Source of the DNA: Amoebidium appalachense
Taxonomy: Eukaryota > Protista > Ichthyosporea
NCBI GenBank assembly: GCA_963693365.1
Contig: CAVNZM010000001.1
Coordinates: forward strand, 9,502,907-9,566,906
DNA: 64,000 nucleotides
Direction of reading: 5' to 3'
Position numbers and translations under genes: made by a program. Below are positions 1-28,351 of this stretch, piece by piece. The notes below the pieces were generated by a model that did no database searches, had not been told where the DNA came from, and was given only the letters and a program-made list of their open reading frames with translations. The first letter of the stretch is position 1; every line of letters begins with the position of its first letter.

Positions 1-1442
1 TAGAAATGAGCCAGAGGAAGGAGCAATGGGAGGTAGGAATGGACGTGCTGCCAAGGGAAGCCGGCAGGATATGGAGGAGGGAAAGGGAGAGATGGAAGAA
101 GGAAGGCCATACGCTGTGGATTCAGAGGGGAGCGGTGGTTGGCGCAAGAAAGAAAGAAGGATGGGGCATGGGCATGGCAGAAACGAAAGCAGTGGGCAGG
201 GACTTGAAGATGGAGAGAGGGAGGACCAGATGGATACAGGAGGGAATACAGGCGATACTACTGAGGAAGAAGACGGAGGAATGGAAGCCGGGAGCAAAGA
301 TAGGGGAGATGGCGATGTGAAGGATGATATGCCGGACCTTGAAGAACGAGGCAGGGATGTGGACGGGGAGGCATGTGGCTGTGGGGGTTCGGAGTATTAC
401 GTTGTGAAGGAGGATATGTCTATGGCAGAGGACGGGGAGGAAGGAGTGGAGGGCGGTGCAGGCGCAGGCCGGAGCGTGGGCTTTGCAGGAAGAGAGGGCG
501 CCGGCGCAGGTAGTGCCGGATATGGGAACACAAAGGAAGAACCCATTCTTACTCAGCCTTCGTCGGAAACAGGTACTCCCCTCCCCCTCCCCCCCCCCCC
601 CCCTCCTCCCCCGCCGCCCCCCCGGAGCCACACACTCACCCATGCACACGTGAAGACACATCTGCCTCTGCACACCGTCCGCTCAACACCACCACCTTCC
701 ATCGCATCCCAAAACACCTCTTCCTCTCAGGATTCACTATTTCGAATTTGCGTTTGGGGGGAGGGGGAGGGGGGGGCGGGAGGGGGTATGTGTGTGTGTG
801 TGAGGGAGAAGGAAAAAAGAAATGGAAGAGAGAAGTCCAGAAAAAAAGGAGACTCCTATAAATTCTCCAAGAGGGGGAGAAACAAAAGCAACAGATTGCT
901 ATGATCCCCATGATGGGTGCAACCTTCTCCCAGGCTTTCGGCGATGAGTATTTCGTAAAGACTTTACGCCTGCTATCGGTCTTTCTGTCTCTAATTGTTG
1001 CCACGCCTTCACCATAATGCACTTTACTATGACTGTAAATCCGTTGGGCTTATTTAGGCATCCACCTCAACAGAGACAACGAGAATTTCCCCCCAGCAGC
1101 GTGACCGAAACGAGCTCTCTGCCAGCCAAAAACGGACATTGGAGCCTTCTGCGGCAAGTGCAAGAGGAATGAGACCAAAGCGATACAGGTAATATTCACC
1201 CTTTTTCTTCTGCCTTGGCTCGTTTTTTGTGCTCTTGCTGTATGCTGCGGGGTGAAGTTGTTGGTAGGCAAACAATTCAGCTTTTCAGGCGTCTCTGTCA
1301 ACGCCTGGCAGATGTTTCGTGCCGATTGAGGTGCGTGTGTGCGTGTGTGGTGGTTGTGGTTGTGGTTGTGGTGTGTGTGTTGCGTGTTGTGAATTGTGTG
1401 CGCGGGTGGGCGCGCATGCTTGTAGGTGTGTGTGTGTGTGGT

Positions 1443-1476
<34 letters not shown>

Positions 1477-1562
1477 GCAGAAAATCTTCTCATTTTTTAC
1501 ATCAGAGAGTTTTGAAGTTGCTCCAGTAAGATAGTTGAGGTTCACAATCCATCCCTCCCCTA

Positions 1563-1595
<33 letters not shown>

Positions 1596-1987
1596 ACTTC
1601 TGCTCCTCCGGTAAACACACACCCGCATGCACACACACATACACACACACACACCACACACACACACAAACACACCCGTGCACGCGCGCGCACACACACA
1701 CACACTCACATGCACACACTCACTCACACAATCACTCACACACACACACACACACAAATCGTAGACAGACACACACAGGCCTCAGAGAGAACGCCCTTTT
1801 AACAACAACAAATACTCAAGTAACGATAGGTAAAAAAAGAATTTTTAACCACCACCCTTAGTGAAGAGACGTGTTCAGAGCAATCAACACCCGTCAAATG
1901 AGTTTATGTATATTTATCTCATGAGTGGGGTGGATGTTCTACAAACAAGTTATGCGTCTTTTTTGCAGGTTCGATCCGCCAATGTGA
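1..1987 (+). CDS. 3' end of an unknown multi-exon gene with an acidic/Gly-rich low-complexity C-terminal region (partial, begins upstream of the window)
   Basis: Frame is open from position 2 to a GT donor after 572 (...[12 protein letters not shown]). Phase-compatible exons follow at 1074-1188 ([38 protein letters not shown]) and 1969-1987 (RFDPPM*), each with YAG acceptor and GT donor. No recognisable domain. Confidence 0.5.
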
Positions 1988-2185
1988 GAATATGGCCAGC
2001 ACAAGGCGCAACCACTCGCAGCTAGCCACACCAGAGGGGAAACTGAGCTGCCACACTGACTTCAGTGTGTGGGTTGTTGTTTGATATTTGGTGTGTGTGT
2101 GTGGGGGGGGGGGGGGGGGGGAGGGGGGAGGGGGGCGGGAAACAGTTTCACGGTGCTTTTTTATTTTTTATTTTTGGAAGGGAGG

Positions 2186-2218
<33 letters not shown>

Positions 2219-3460
2219 GTACACCTCGCATCATATGACATTACTTTGGGGCCTGATCCGAGGTGCACGAAACACCACTGTACATATAGTCGGCCGTGGG
2301 CTCTGAACGTAGGGTTGCTTCGAAGCAGGATGAATGTAACAATATGCTGCTTCCCTGCTGACTCGCATGCAGTCACATAGCGTACACACGAACCACTTTG
2401 TTTATTTTTTATTATTTTTTTTGAGGGGGGGGGCTTCAGGTGAGCATCGACGAATTCACTATCGTAGTTAGTTATGAACCAGGTATTGTTTGGTAGTGAG
2501 TGGGTCGGATGCTTGAAGCACGGGCACTTATGTCACGGTCACTCACACAAGTTCTTTGCTGGACACACGGGTTGTGGTGGCTTGAACCCATTCCGGCAAC
2601 GGTATGTACATTCACAAGGATATGTTACAATTACAGTTGCAAAATGTGCAGCTCGCTTGTCTATCAATGATGGTGTGCAAAATAAAAACAGGGTTAAAAA
2701 AAACTCGTGTTGTGCATAAAGTCACGTGCACGGCCATGATGATCAGCATGGCCATATGATCTTGAGTCAGCAGTCTGCTACCGGAATTCCGTTAATTAAG
2801 GTGACTGTGCTAAAGACTATCTGAGGTCAATAACACCGCATTCTGTTTTCAGTGATTAGGAGATCCACAATTGTCAAATGTGCACACACGACAGCTGTTG
2901 GGGCCAAGTATACATCACAGAGCTAGCCTGGCCGTAGGCCGTGACTTGCGTTTTCATATGTCCGGGTTTTGTTATCTCGTATTTGCTGACCGGGATGTGT
3001 AGATTAGAGAAAAAGGTCAACAGTCTCATCATATTGCCGTGGCATCTTTGCCCACGGGCGTGCGTGCGTCCGAATACATATTCTGTCAGAGGGCTAATTT
3101 AGTTAGAAATATCCATATATAAAATAATCTTCCGACTTTCATTCGTTTCCAATTGAATTAAGGAGAAAAGGTTCAAAAGATTGCCATGGCTATGACCAGA
3201 TAGGCACCAATCCCAGTTCGCGGGCCGGTTGAAAGCAATCCCTCGGAAAAAGACCGAGTATAGCCATAGGACGAGCGAGTGGTGACGACTCCAAAAATGT
3301 ATATGTATGACGTCCACAAATTTTAAAGTTCGAGAAGACTACAGCTGATCGTACAAACTGTCACAATTCTCTATGTCAAGCTCAATTGTGATTGGTTTAG
3401 CTCACATCATGTTAATCTTCTATTGGCTTAAATGACACCACTTACGTAAGTTTACACAGA

Positions 3461-3500
3461 CTTTGAAACAGCACCAGCATCATCTGGTGCTGTTTCAAAG
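3461..3500. promoter_or_regulatory. Perfect 17-bp inverted repeat ~150 bp upstream of the GFA gene
   Basis: CTTTGAAACAGCACCAG-catcat-CTGGTGCTGTTTCAAAG, near ATTGG (CCAAT) boxes and ACGT-core palindromes. The structure is certain; a regulatory role is inferred. Confidence 0.5.
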
Positions 3501-3652
3501 CTGAAGGCATGCTGTGACGTATGTACCTAGTCGCCTAACAACTACGTATACGTATATGCCCTTTGAAGCCGAGCGTGACACTTCGTTTGTTATCCAGCAT
3601 CTCAAATCAACCTGTGCTTTTGAGTCTGCGCCACCCCCACATTTCTGACAAC

Positions 3653-4116
3653 ATGACCTCTAGCGGCCAAAACGACGTCACTACTCCAGAAGTCCCACCA
3701 TCACCAACATTAGAGGGAGGGTGCTTTTGTGGTTATGTGCACTACCAAACATCCTCCCCCCCCCTTCCTTCCCCCACTACTGTCACTGCTCCATTTGCAG
3801 GAAAATTTCCGGGGCACCGTTTGTTCCGTGGTTTGTCTCGGAGAAAACATCGTTCCAATTTACACGGGGAGAAGTGAGACGATTCGCTTCATCCAAGGAG
3901 GCGCAGAGGGGCTTTTGCCCCAAATGCGGCACGCATTTGACATGGGAGGGAATTAAATACCCCGATGTTGTCGCTTTTACTGTGTGTTCGCTTGATGATC
4001 CACAACAGGTAAAGGTAAACGAGCACGGGCATGTGGAGTCTGCATTGGCCATTCCCTGGGGAATTTGCTTCGATGGCAAACCCCCAAGCGACGCAAAAGC
4101 AGAAAGCGATGGTTGA
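3653..4116 (+). CDS. GFA (glutathione-dependent formaldehyde-activating enzyme / CENP-V / Mss4-like Zn-binding) family protein; intronless, apparent frameshift in C9 run 3756-3764
   Basis: ATG 3653 gives MTSS...LEGGCFCGYVHY. The next frame carries HYCHCSICRKISGAPFVPWF...ASSKEAQRGFCPKCGTHLTW...CSLDDP. These are the CxC, CHCxxC and FCxxCG motifs typical of GFA. A run of C10 or C7 would fuse the two frames. Confidence 0.88.
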
Positions 4117-4852
4117 GAGCAGATGTAGAGAATTGAACCGAGGTTATATGACGACACTGGTGTGAGAGCGATTGAACCGAATGACGACTTGGCAGGATAT
4201 GGAGAGGCTTCAGAGAGGGCGGAAAGGAACATGGTGACGTGATTATCCGATCACCGTACTTCGCAGTTCCCTTTCACTTCACCTATTCTTCCTCAAGTAT
4301 TCTCCGTGTCCCCCCCCCCCCCCCCCCCCCCCCCCTCTCCCCATCCTCCCCTCCCTTACTCCCCCTTCCCCTCCCTCCCCCCCCCCCCCCCGCCCCTCTC
4401 TTCACCATCCCACCCCTCTCTCCCTCACTTTTCTCCCTTGCTCGAACACACACACACACATTGCACGCACTCAAATACATATTCATGCACACACTCGTAC
4501 ATATACGCTCTCTCTCTTTCACACTCTTTCTCTCTCTTCCCCCCTCCCCCTGAATCCTCCCTCCCCCCACCCTCCCCTCCCTTCCCCTGAAGCCCGCTCC
4601 ACCCCTTTCTGTGCCTCTTTATCCAGCCCCCTCCCTCCCCCCCCCTTCCCCCCCCCCCCCCCCCCAAAAAAAAAAAAACAAAAAAAACAAACAAACAAAC
4701 AAACAAACAAACTTTTATGACACGTTTTCATGCTCTTAATCGTCCTTGATTAACACGATCTATGTTTCTGTGATCAACCTTCCAACACTGGCACACATCT
4801 GCACATCGTCATACACACACACACACACACACACACACATAAACACAGACAC

Positions 4853-4910
<58 letters not shown>

Positions 4911-7529
4911 ACCCTACAAGCACATTAGGCTGGGAACTGGGATTGTGTTAGTGTTTCGTACGAAACATAGATTACGAAACATATACACATGTGCACGCAC
5001 GCTGCGCACGGGCACACACGCACGCACACAAACAACTTACGCTGGGTTTATGTTTCTGTGTCGTACTAAATAGAGAGTGCACGTGCAACATTGTTAGCCC
5101 AATGAAAAGGCTGGTTTTAAATCATGTTTCATTTTAAACATTCAAGCATGGATGACGAATGACGGAAGCGATAATAAAGCATGTAAAAACGTTGTCATGG
5201 TGTTAAATTTTTTTGTTTTGTTTATTTTTTTCTATTGTGTGTACAGTCTTTATGAACGCCTAGAAGGAAACCAATGTTGTGTCTGAAAGGGGACAGCAAA
5301 TATTGAATGGTTTGCAATCTTAAATATAAGTCATAATATAAAGTCAAATATAGTCATAAATAAGGAAATGTCGATGAAGAAAAAGAAATTGCCTGGATTA
5401 TGTCTCAACCGACGGACAAACGACCTGGTTGCTGCCCCCCCCCCCCCCCCCCCCCCCCCCGCCCCCAACCCTTTCCCCGTTGGCTTTGCTTCCCTCACCC
5501 CCTTCCTCCCCCTCCCCCCCCCACAAATACACACACAGAGAGAGACACAAACACCCCCCTTAAGAAAGGGATGGTGACGGTCTGTATGTTGACGTTTCTT
5601 CATGGATGTAGTGAGGGCTGTATAGCCGGGGTCGTGTGCATTTGTGTGTGTGTGTGTGTGTGGATGTGGATATGTGTACGTGTATTTCTGGACGTGTGTG
5701 TGTGTGTTTGTGGATGTGTCTGCCCATATTTGCGGTTGTTTGTGGTGGGGGGCCCCGGGGGGGGGGGGGGGGGGGGGGGGGGATGTTTATGTGATTTCCC
5801 GTATGTGCTCGAGTCTGCGGATGAGTGTGTGTTGAGTTGCGGATGTGTGTGTGCATGTGTGTGCGCGTGCGTGTGCATGTGGTTGTGTGTGTACACGTGT
5901 GCTCGTGTCCGTTTGTCTGTGTGCCAGTCTGTCCGAGTCTGTGTCCGTGCCTCTACTTTTGTGTCTGCAGGTGTGTAGTAGAGGTGCACTGGCATATGCA
6001 TGTGTGTGTTTGCGTCCTTGTGCTCAGGCGGAGAGGGCTGAGTTGGGGTTTTTTGGGGGAGGAGGGGGGAGGGGGACAAAGAATGCTACTATCTATAGTG
6101 CACGTGGTGTAACAGAGATGAAATCTGTTGATGCACTGTACATTCCCAACCAGGGCCAACCACCCGTGGTTACACGGTTAGGTACCGTCCTCAGCACTCC
6201 ATAATCCCCCCATGTCCCCCCCCCCCACCCCCACCCTCTCTCTCTCCTCCCCCCCCCCCCCCCCCCCCCTTCCTCTCCCTCCAGGGTCTCACCCGAACGT
6301 GTGCACACGCACACAGGCAAACCATCACCACCACCCATCCACACTATTACTGGCACCGGCCACCGAAGATGATTATCGAAAAAGGAAGAAGATGAAGAAA
6401 AAGAAAGGGGACAACGTTAGAAAGAAAGTGACGGAGCTTGCAAATCCGCAGAAAAATGTATAATGGGTAACGATCTGCAGTTGGGAATACATGTTTTATG
6501 AAACCCTTTTAATATTCCTACATTTAAATTGTTTTAAAGTCCTTTTGATGTTCCTACTTTTATTGCTTTCTATATAGAGCTACTGTGAGTTTGCTGGGCC
6601 TCCAGTTCACTTGCATCCTACATGAACCTAATCAGTACTGTTGTGCTACCGCTTACATGTGCACCGACACATCAATGAATGTATATCACATCTAGGCCTA
6701 GCCACTGTTTCTGTCTGAGTGCAGCTGCCTGCAGCTGCAGCAGCTGTGTACGTACTTCCATGGCCAGGTATTACCAAGTGTGGGGCAGAAAAGGGAGGGG
6801 GAGGGGGGAGGGTGGGGGGGTGTATGGGTAGGTGGCTCGAATTCGAAGGGGGGGGGGGGGGGGGGGGGGAAGGTTGTATGGGTAGTGTATTTAGTAGGTG
6901 GCCAGGAAGGGGGGGGGGGGGGGGGGGAGGGGAGGGGGGGGGGGGGGGGACGATTCAACCCAGGGAGGGACGGAGGGCAGGGTGGTGTGGATAGTGGGTG
7001 GGTGGGAGGGAGGAGTTACAGGGGGAGCGGGAGGGGGGGGGGGGGGGGGGGAGGCCTAGGGGGTGTTGCAGAGTTTATAGATTCAATGAAGCTGGGGCTA
7101 TACTATTCGGTGTGAGCATGTGTACGTAGTACCGAGGCTAGGCACAGCGCGAAAAACACTTTGGGATCCTGCATGCATTATAATTTCTCAGGCTGCAACA
7201 AGCTTCCGACATCATTGCACCCGTTTCAGCAGTACCATTGGACTATGTGCGTGTCATGTCGTGCACGTGGTCCAGCACCCTAACTAAAAGGTTCGAGTCT
7301 GCGCAGTCATGTGGGCACGGTGTGCCGTAGGATATGTGTTGTAGTAATGCGAATGTGTGCTTTGTATGTGTGTGCCATGTGTGTGTGTGGGTGTGTGTGT
7401 GTGTGGGAGGGGGGGGGGGAGGGAGGGGAAGGGGGGTATATGCATGTCCGTGTACGCACACGTGTGTTGCGTGTTGGGGGATGTGCATTGCGCAAATGTG
7501 TCTGCCTACATGTGCGTATGCGTGTGCAC

Positions 7530-7569
<40 letters not shown>

Positions 7570-7637
7570 TGCGCGCGCGCGCGCGCGCGTGTGTGCATGC
7601 GCGTTCGGGCCATGTGAACGCAAGCCACGGGACGAAT

Positions 7638-24796
<17,159 letters not shown>

Positions 24797-25181
24797 CGTC
24801 CGATTCTTTTCGCTCACTAACTCAAGTATGTGTGATTTGATCGACTACAATTTCCTGGTGTCATGTATTTGCATACAATCTCATGTTGTTACGACTAATG
24901 CCCCACTCCTCTATGTGACCTCTAAAAGTCAGACAAAGGGACCCAAAACGAACAAGAAAAAGGGAAAAAAGGGGGAAAGCTTGGTTCAAAGACGATAAGT
25001 AAGCGTGTCGGTCAAGGCGAGACACAGTGACAACGTGTCATTGGTGAAGTTCCGAGGCTGCAAGTTGGCAACGTTAACGTTATGCCAGTCACAGGCCACT
25101 AAACCAGGAATTTTGGAATGTACAAAGAATGGCGCATGACCGGAATCCAATCGGTCAGCTAGATTTGCAAATGCCAATAAA

Positions 25182-27995
25182 ATGGGCGAAATCATATGTG
25201 TTGTGTTTCTCGGTCTGATTGCTGCGAATAATACACTGCAAGTGAGTGTCGGGTACCCATCTAAGCCCCCGGAGCGTGCTATCCCTTTAGCAAGGTATGT
25301 CCAAAGTCACACTTTGCGGTTCCCTCAAATATCCCATGCCCACAACACCGACTGGGGAGTGGCCTTTTGGCCATCAACCATGTCAAAACTCTCTCTCCCT
25401 CCTAACCTCTCTAGGTCATCTGACCACTCTCCTATCCTTTTCCTACCTAAGATCTCCCTTGATCTGCTCCCCCCTCCCCCTCCCACCTTTCGCCTCCGTC
25501 TATCCCAGCTTAAGTCACAGTGGGGTAGAGTTGATGTATGTGTATGCTATGCTACGAAACACCCTATATATATGCGCCTATTAGAATCTGCACAAGCCAG
25601 GCCAGATTCACATCTCGTACTAGATACATGCACTAACTTTATTGTTGATGATTTGATAGATCTCGGTGATTATGCTGGCGGTGGTAGGAAGGAATATCCC
25701 GATGCTCTCTTGTTACCAAACACCACTCCCGCTAGACTAGGTGAACCCCTGTCTCAAAAGGAAAGCTTGCGCCGGCTTGCTAGTATGAATCGATTTGGCC
25801 CCCCTGCTCGTATTATTGGTGATACCACTGGAGACCCCCTCATAGACTCTGATAAGTATTTCTCGGAACTGTTTAAAGATAGGACCCCCGCTCAGAAACC
25901 TATTGTGTGGCCTGTAGACCCATCTATCCCCATAGAATCGATCCTCCCCTTTTTCAGTCCCGATGCCATATGGTCTGTGATATCTAGTTATAGCTCTAGT
26001 AAGTCTTGTGGACCTGATGGACTCCCTGCTGGGTTTCTTAAAATCCTTGTTCCCTCCTACCCACAAAAGGAAAGTGATCGTGCTATTAAACCTGATCTTA
26101 CTATCATGTTAAGCTCTCTCTTTTCTTGGTGTGTTAAATGTGGACATGTCCCGTCATCTTGGTTAGATACCTTAGTGATCCCCATAGTTAAGAAGGACTC
26201 TGAGGGCCCCATATCATCCTTTCGCCCCATTACACTAACCCAGGTTGTTCGTAGATTCTTTGAAGCTTGCTTACTTAGGTTATTTGCACATCACCCTAGG
26301 TTTCAATCTATTCTTCACATACACCCATGCCAATCCGCTTTTCGTAAAAACAATTCATGTTATGTTCAAATAATGGCACTGCACGATTCTATGCAAGTTG
26401 GTGCACAATATGTTGGCTTTATTGATTGGAAAACTGCTTACGATTCTGTCTCCCCTGGTCTCCTATGGGAAAAGCTTGCTGCACGGGGTGTACCACACTG
26501 CATTGGTGTTCTGTTAGAAGCACTCTTGTCTCAAACCTATGGTAGAGCTGTGGTTAATGGGCATCTTTCATATGGTTTTGCTCGTACTAGAGGTCTCTTG
26601 CAGGGTTCATTGCTTAGCCCCTTTTTGTTTAACCTATTTATAGATGATTTGGCTGTCAAGATTTACGCCGAAAACGATGACCCTATTAATAACTTTCCGC
26701 CTGCACTTCTCTATGCTGATGATCTGTCCCTCCTTGCCCGTACCCCTAGACGCCTGCAAAGATTGTTCGATGTAGTGTCAGAGTGGTGCAAGGCAAACCT
26801 TATGATCCTTAACATAGACAAATGTGGTGTTCTTGTACCTGATATAGCTAACAATTTACACACATTTACATTATCATCTAAACCTGTACCTATAGTTCCA
26901 GAATACAAATATCTTGGTGTTCCGGTTGATTCTGTTGGTGTTATGTTTCCCCATATGGTCGAAAAGAGGGTAGAGTTGGCTCGTAAGCGGTTAGCTTTCT
27001 TCTCGGCTAATATTTTTAAAGACACACCCCTCCATCCTTCTATTAGACTTACATTTATTCGCACTTTTGTCTTCCCGGCATGTGAATATGGTTTACCCCT
27101 TCTCGCCGCTTGGATCAAGAAAGAGAGAACTAGAGCGCTTAAACCCTTGGCAAATTTCCTTGAAGCAGAAGTTGCCTCCTTTCTATCTAACAACTGTTGT
27201 AAACCTGGGCCTGTAACGCTCTCGATATATGGTCTGGTCCCAATAGCTGCTAGAGTATCCTATCTCGCGCTGAAATTCAATAAGCACATAAGCCGCTTAA
27301 AGAAGTATTTGCCCTCCCACCCTCTCTTCTCTATCCGACCTGTCCCCTCCTCACCTCTCCCCTCTTTCCTCCCCTCTCTCTCCCCTTCTCCCCTGGGCAC
27401 AAATACAAATAAACCCCGCAATAGTGTGTGTGTGACTTTGGACTGCCACTTACTTATTAAACATGTACACAATCACAAGATAATCACGCAATATAACAAA
27501 TGGAAAAAGATACCACACGACACTAGACCCGATGAAAGCATACACCTTGAAAAACTAAGCCTTATGTCTCGTTTTATATATACTGACCGCCTCAACCATA
27601 TTGCCAAATATGGCACTCGCAAGTGTATAACACCTAAATACATATTACCTTCCTGTAGAACTGGTCTTTCTCTAGCTGATGGTATTATTGATCAATTACC
27701 ACGCTTTTACTGTACACGTGCTATACAGTGGAGATCTAATAAGTATAAGGTGGCATCATTTGCATGCCCAAACAACACACACACACACCAGTTTAACCGG
27801 TCATGTATCGCCAAATGTAGTTTGATAGACCACATAATACCGCAACACACACACGTCACATTCACAACAGACACCCAGAAAGATAGCCTACCTGTAAATT
27901 ACAACATCCTTGATTTTATACTAAACACGCGTAACTACGACCTGTTTATTAGATGTATTGATTGGCTTGAGAAACACATCACTACAAAATTATAG
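25182..27995 (+). CDS. Non-LTR retrotransposon ORF2: C-terminal remnant of APE endonuclease, reverse transcriptase, Cys/His-containing C-terminal region
   Basis: 937-aa uninterrupted ORF with RT motifs KSCGPDGLP, FRPITL, QSAFRK, FIDWKTAYDSV, GLLQGSLLSPFLFNLFIDDL, LYADD and YKYLGV. SDHSPI resembles the APE terminal SDH motif. The first ~18 codons lie outside the TSD and are probably fortuitous. Confidence 0.95.
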   Translation: MGEIICVVFLGLIAANNTLQVSVGYPSKPPERAIPLARYVQSHTLRFPQISHAHNTDWGVAFWPSTMSKLSLPPNLSRSSDHSPILFLPKISLDLLPPPPPTFRLRLSQLKSQWGRVDVCVCYATKHPIYMRLLESAQARPDSHLVLDTCTNFIVDDLIDLGDYAGGGRKEYPDALLLPNTTPARLGEPLSQKESLRRLASMNRFGPPARIIGDTTGDPLIDSDKYFSELFKDRTPAQKPIVWPVDPSIPIESILPFFSPDAIWSVISSYSSSKSCGPDGLPAGFLKILVPSYPQKESDRAIKPDLTIMLSSLFSWCVKCGHVPSSWLDTLVIPIVKKDSEGPISSFRPITLTQVVRRFFEACLLRLFAHHPRFQSILHIHPCQSAFRKNNSCYVQIMALHDSMQVGAQYVGFIDWKTAYDSVSPGLLWEKLAARGVPHCIGVLLEALLSQTYGRAVVNGHLSYGFARTRGLLQGSLLSPFLFNLFIDDLAVKIYAENDDPINNFPPALLYADDLSLLARTPRRLQRLFDVVSEWCKANLMILNIDKCGVLVPDIANNLHTFTLSSKPVPIVPEYKYLGVPVDSVGVMFPHMVEKRVELARKRLAFFSANIFKDTPLHPSIRLTFIRTFVFPACEYGLPLLAAWIKKERTRALKPLANFLEAEVASFLSNNCCKPGPVTLSIYGLVPIAARVSYLALKFNKHISRLKKYLPSHPLFSIRPVPSSPLPSFLPSLSPSPLGTNTNKPRNSVCVTLDCHLLIKHVHNHKIITQYNKWKKIPHDTRPDESIHLEKLSLMSRFIYTDRLNHIAKYGTRKCITPKYILPSCRTGLSLADGIIDQLPRFYCTRAIQWRSNKYKVASFACPNNTHTHQFNRSCIAKCSLIDHIIPQHTHVTFTTDTQKDSLPVNYNILDFILNTRNYDLFIRCIDWLEKHITTKL

Positions 27996-28015
27996 CGCAC
28001 GCGCACACACACACA

Positions 28016-28066
<51 letters not shown>

Positions 28067-28098
28067 CCAGCTGATACCGAGTGTCCCGAGGGGAGCCC

Positions 28099-28154
<56 letters not shown>

Positions 28155-28351
28155 GGGGAACCCCAACTAATTGATTTCTCCTTGTAGTCTTTATGGTGTC
28201 TCGTAGAGAAAGTAAACCCTGATATATAGTCACCACCCGACATCTATGTACGTGATCATGATATACCGCTGAGGGGATATTCCGAGCAAAACCCCCCCCC
28301 CCCATACCTGAGACTGGTTCTCTTTGCCTCGAGTAAACAGCGTAAACCCCC
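25236..28351 (+). mobile_element. 5'-truncated non-LTR retrotransposon (copy 1) flanked by 9-bp TSD AATAATACA
   Basis: AATAATACA occurs at 25227-25235 and 28352-28360. The right repeat starts exactly where similarity to copy 2 ends (...AAACAGCGTAAACCCC). Confidence 0.82.

Noticed and set aside
4117-4242. Coding-looking in-frame continuation after the GFA stop (RIEPRLYDDTGVRAIEPNDDLAG...)
   Set aside because: It needs read-through of both TGA and TAG, the GFA domain is already complete, and all other genes here use the standard code.
7240-7310. Possible tRNA or tRNA-SINE (B-box-like GGTTCGAGTC at 7290)
   Set aside because: No cloverleaf or convincing A-box could be built.
28081-28187. Possible intron in the retrotransposon 3' UTR (GT..CTAAT..pyrimidines..TAG in both copies)
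   Set aside because: The signals are short and could be chance, and a sense-strand intron should be lost on retrotransposition. Needs RNA data.
28212-28222. TAAACCCT resembling a telomerase template or telomeric repeat (also TTTAGGG at ~60845)
   Set aside because: Only one or two isolated units; no array or supporting structure.
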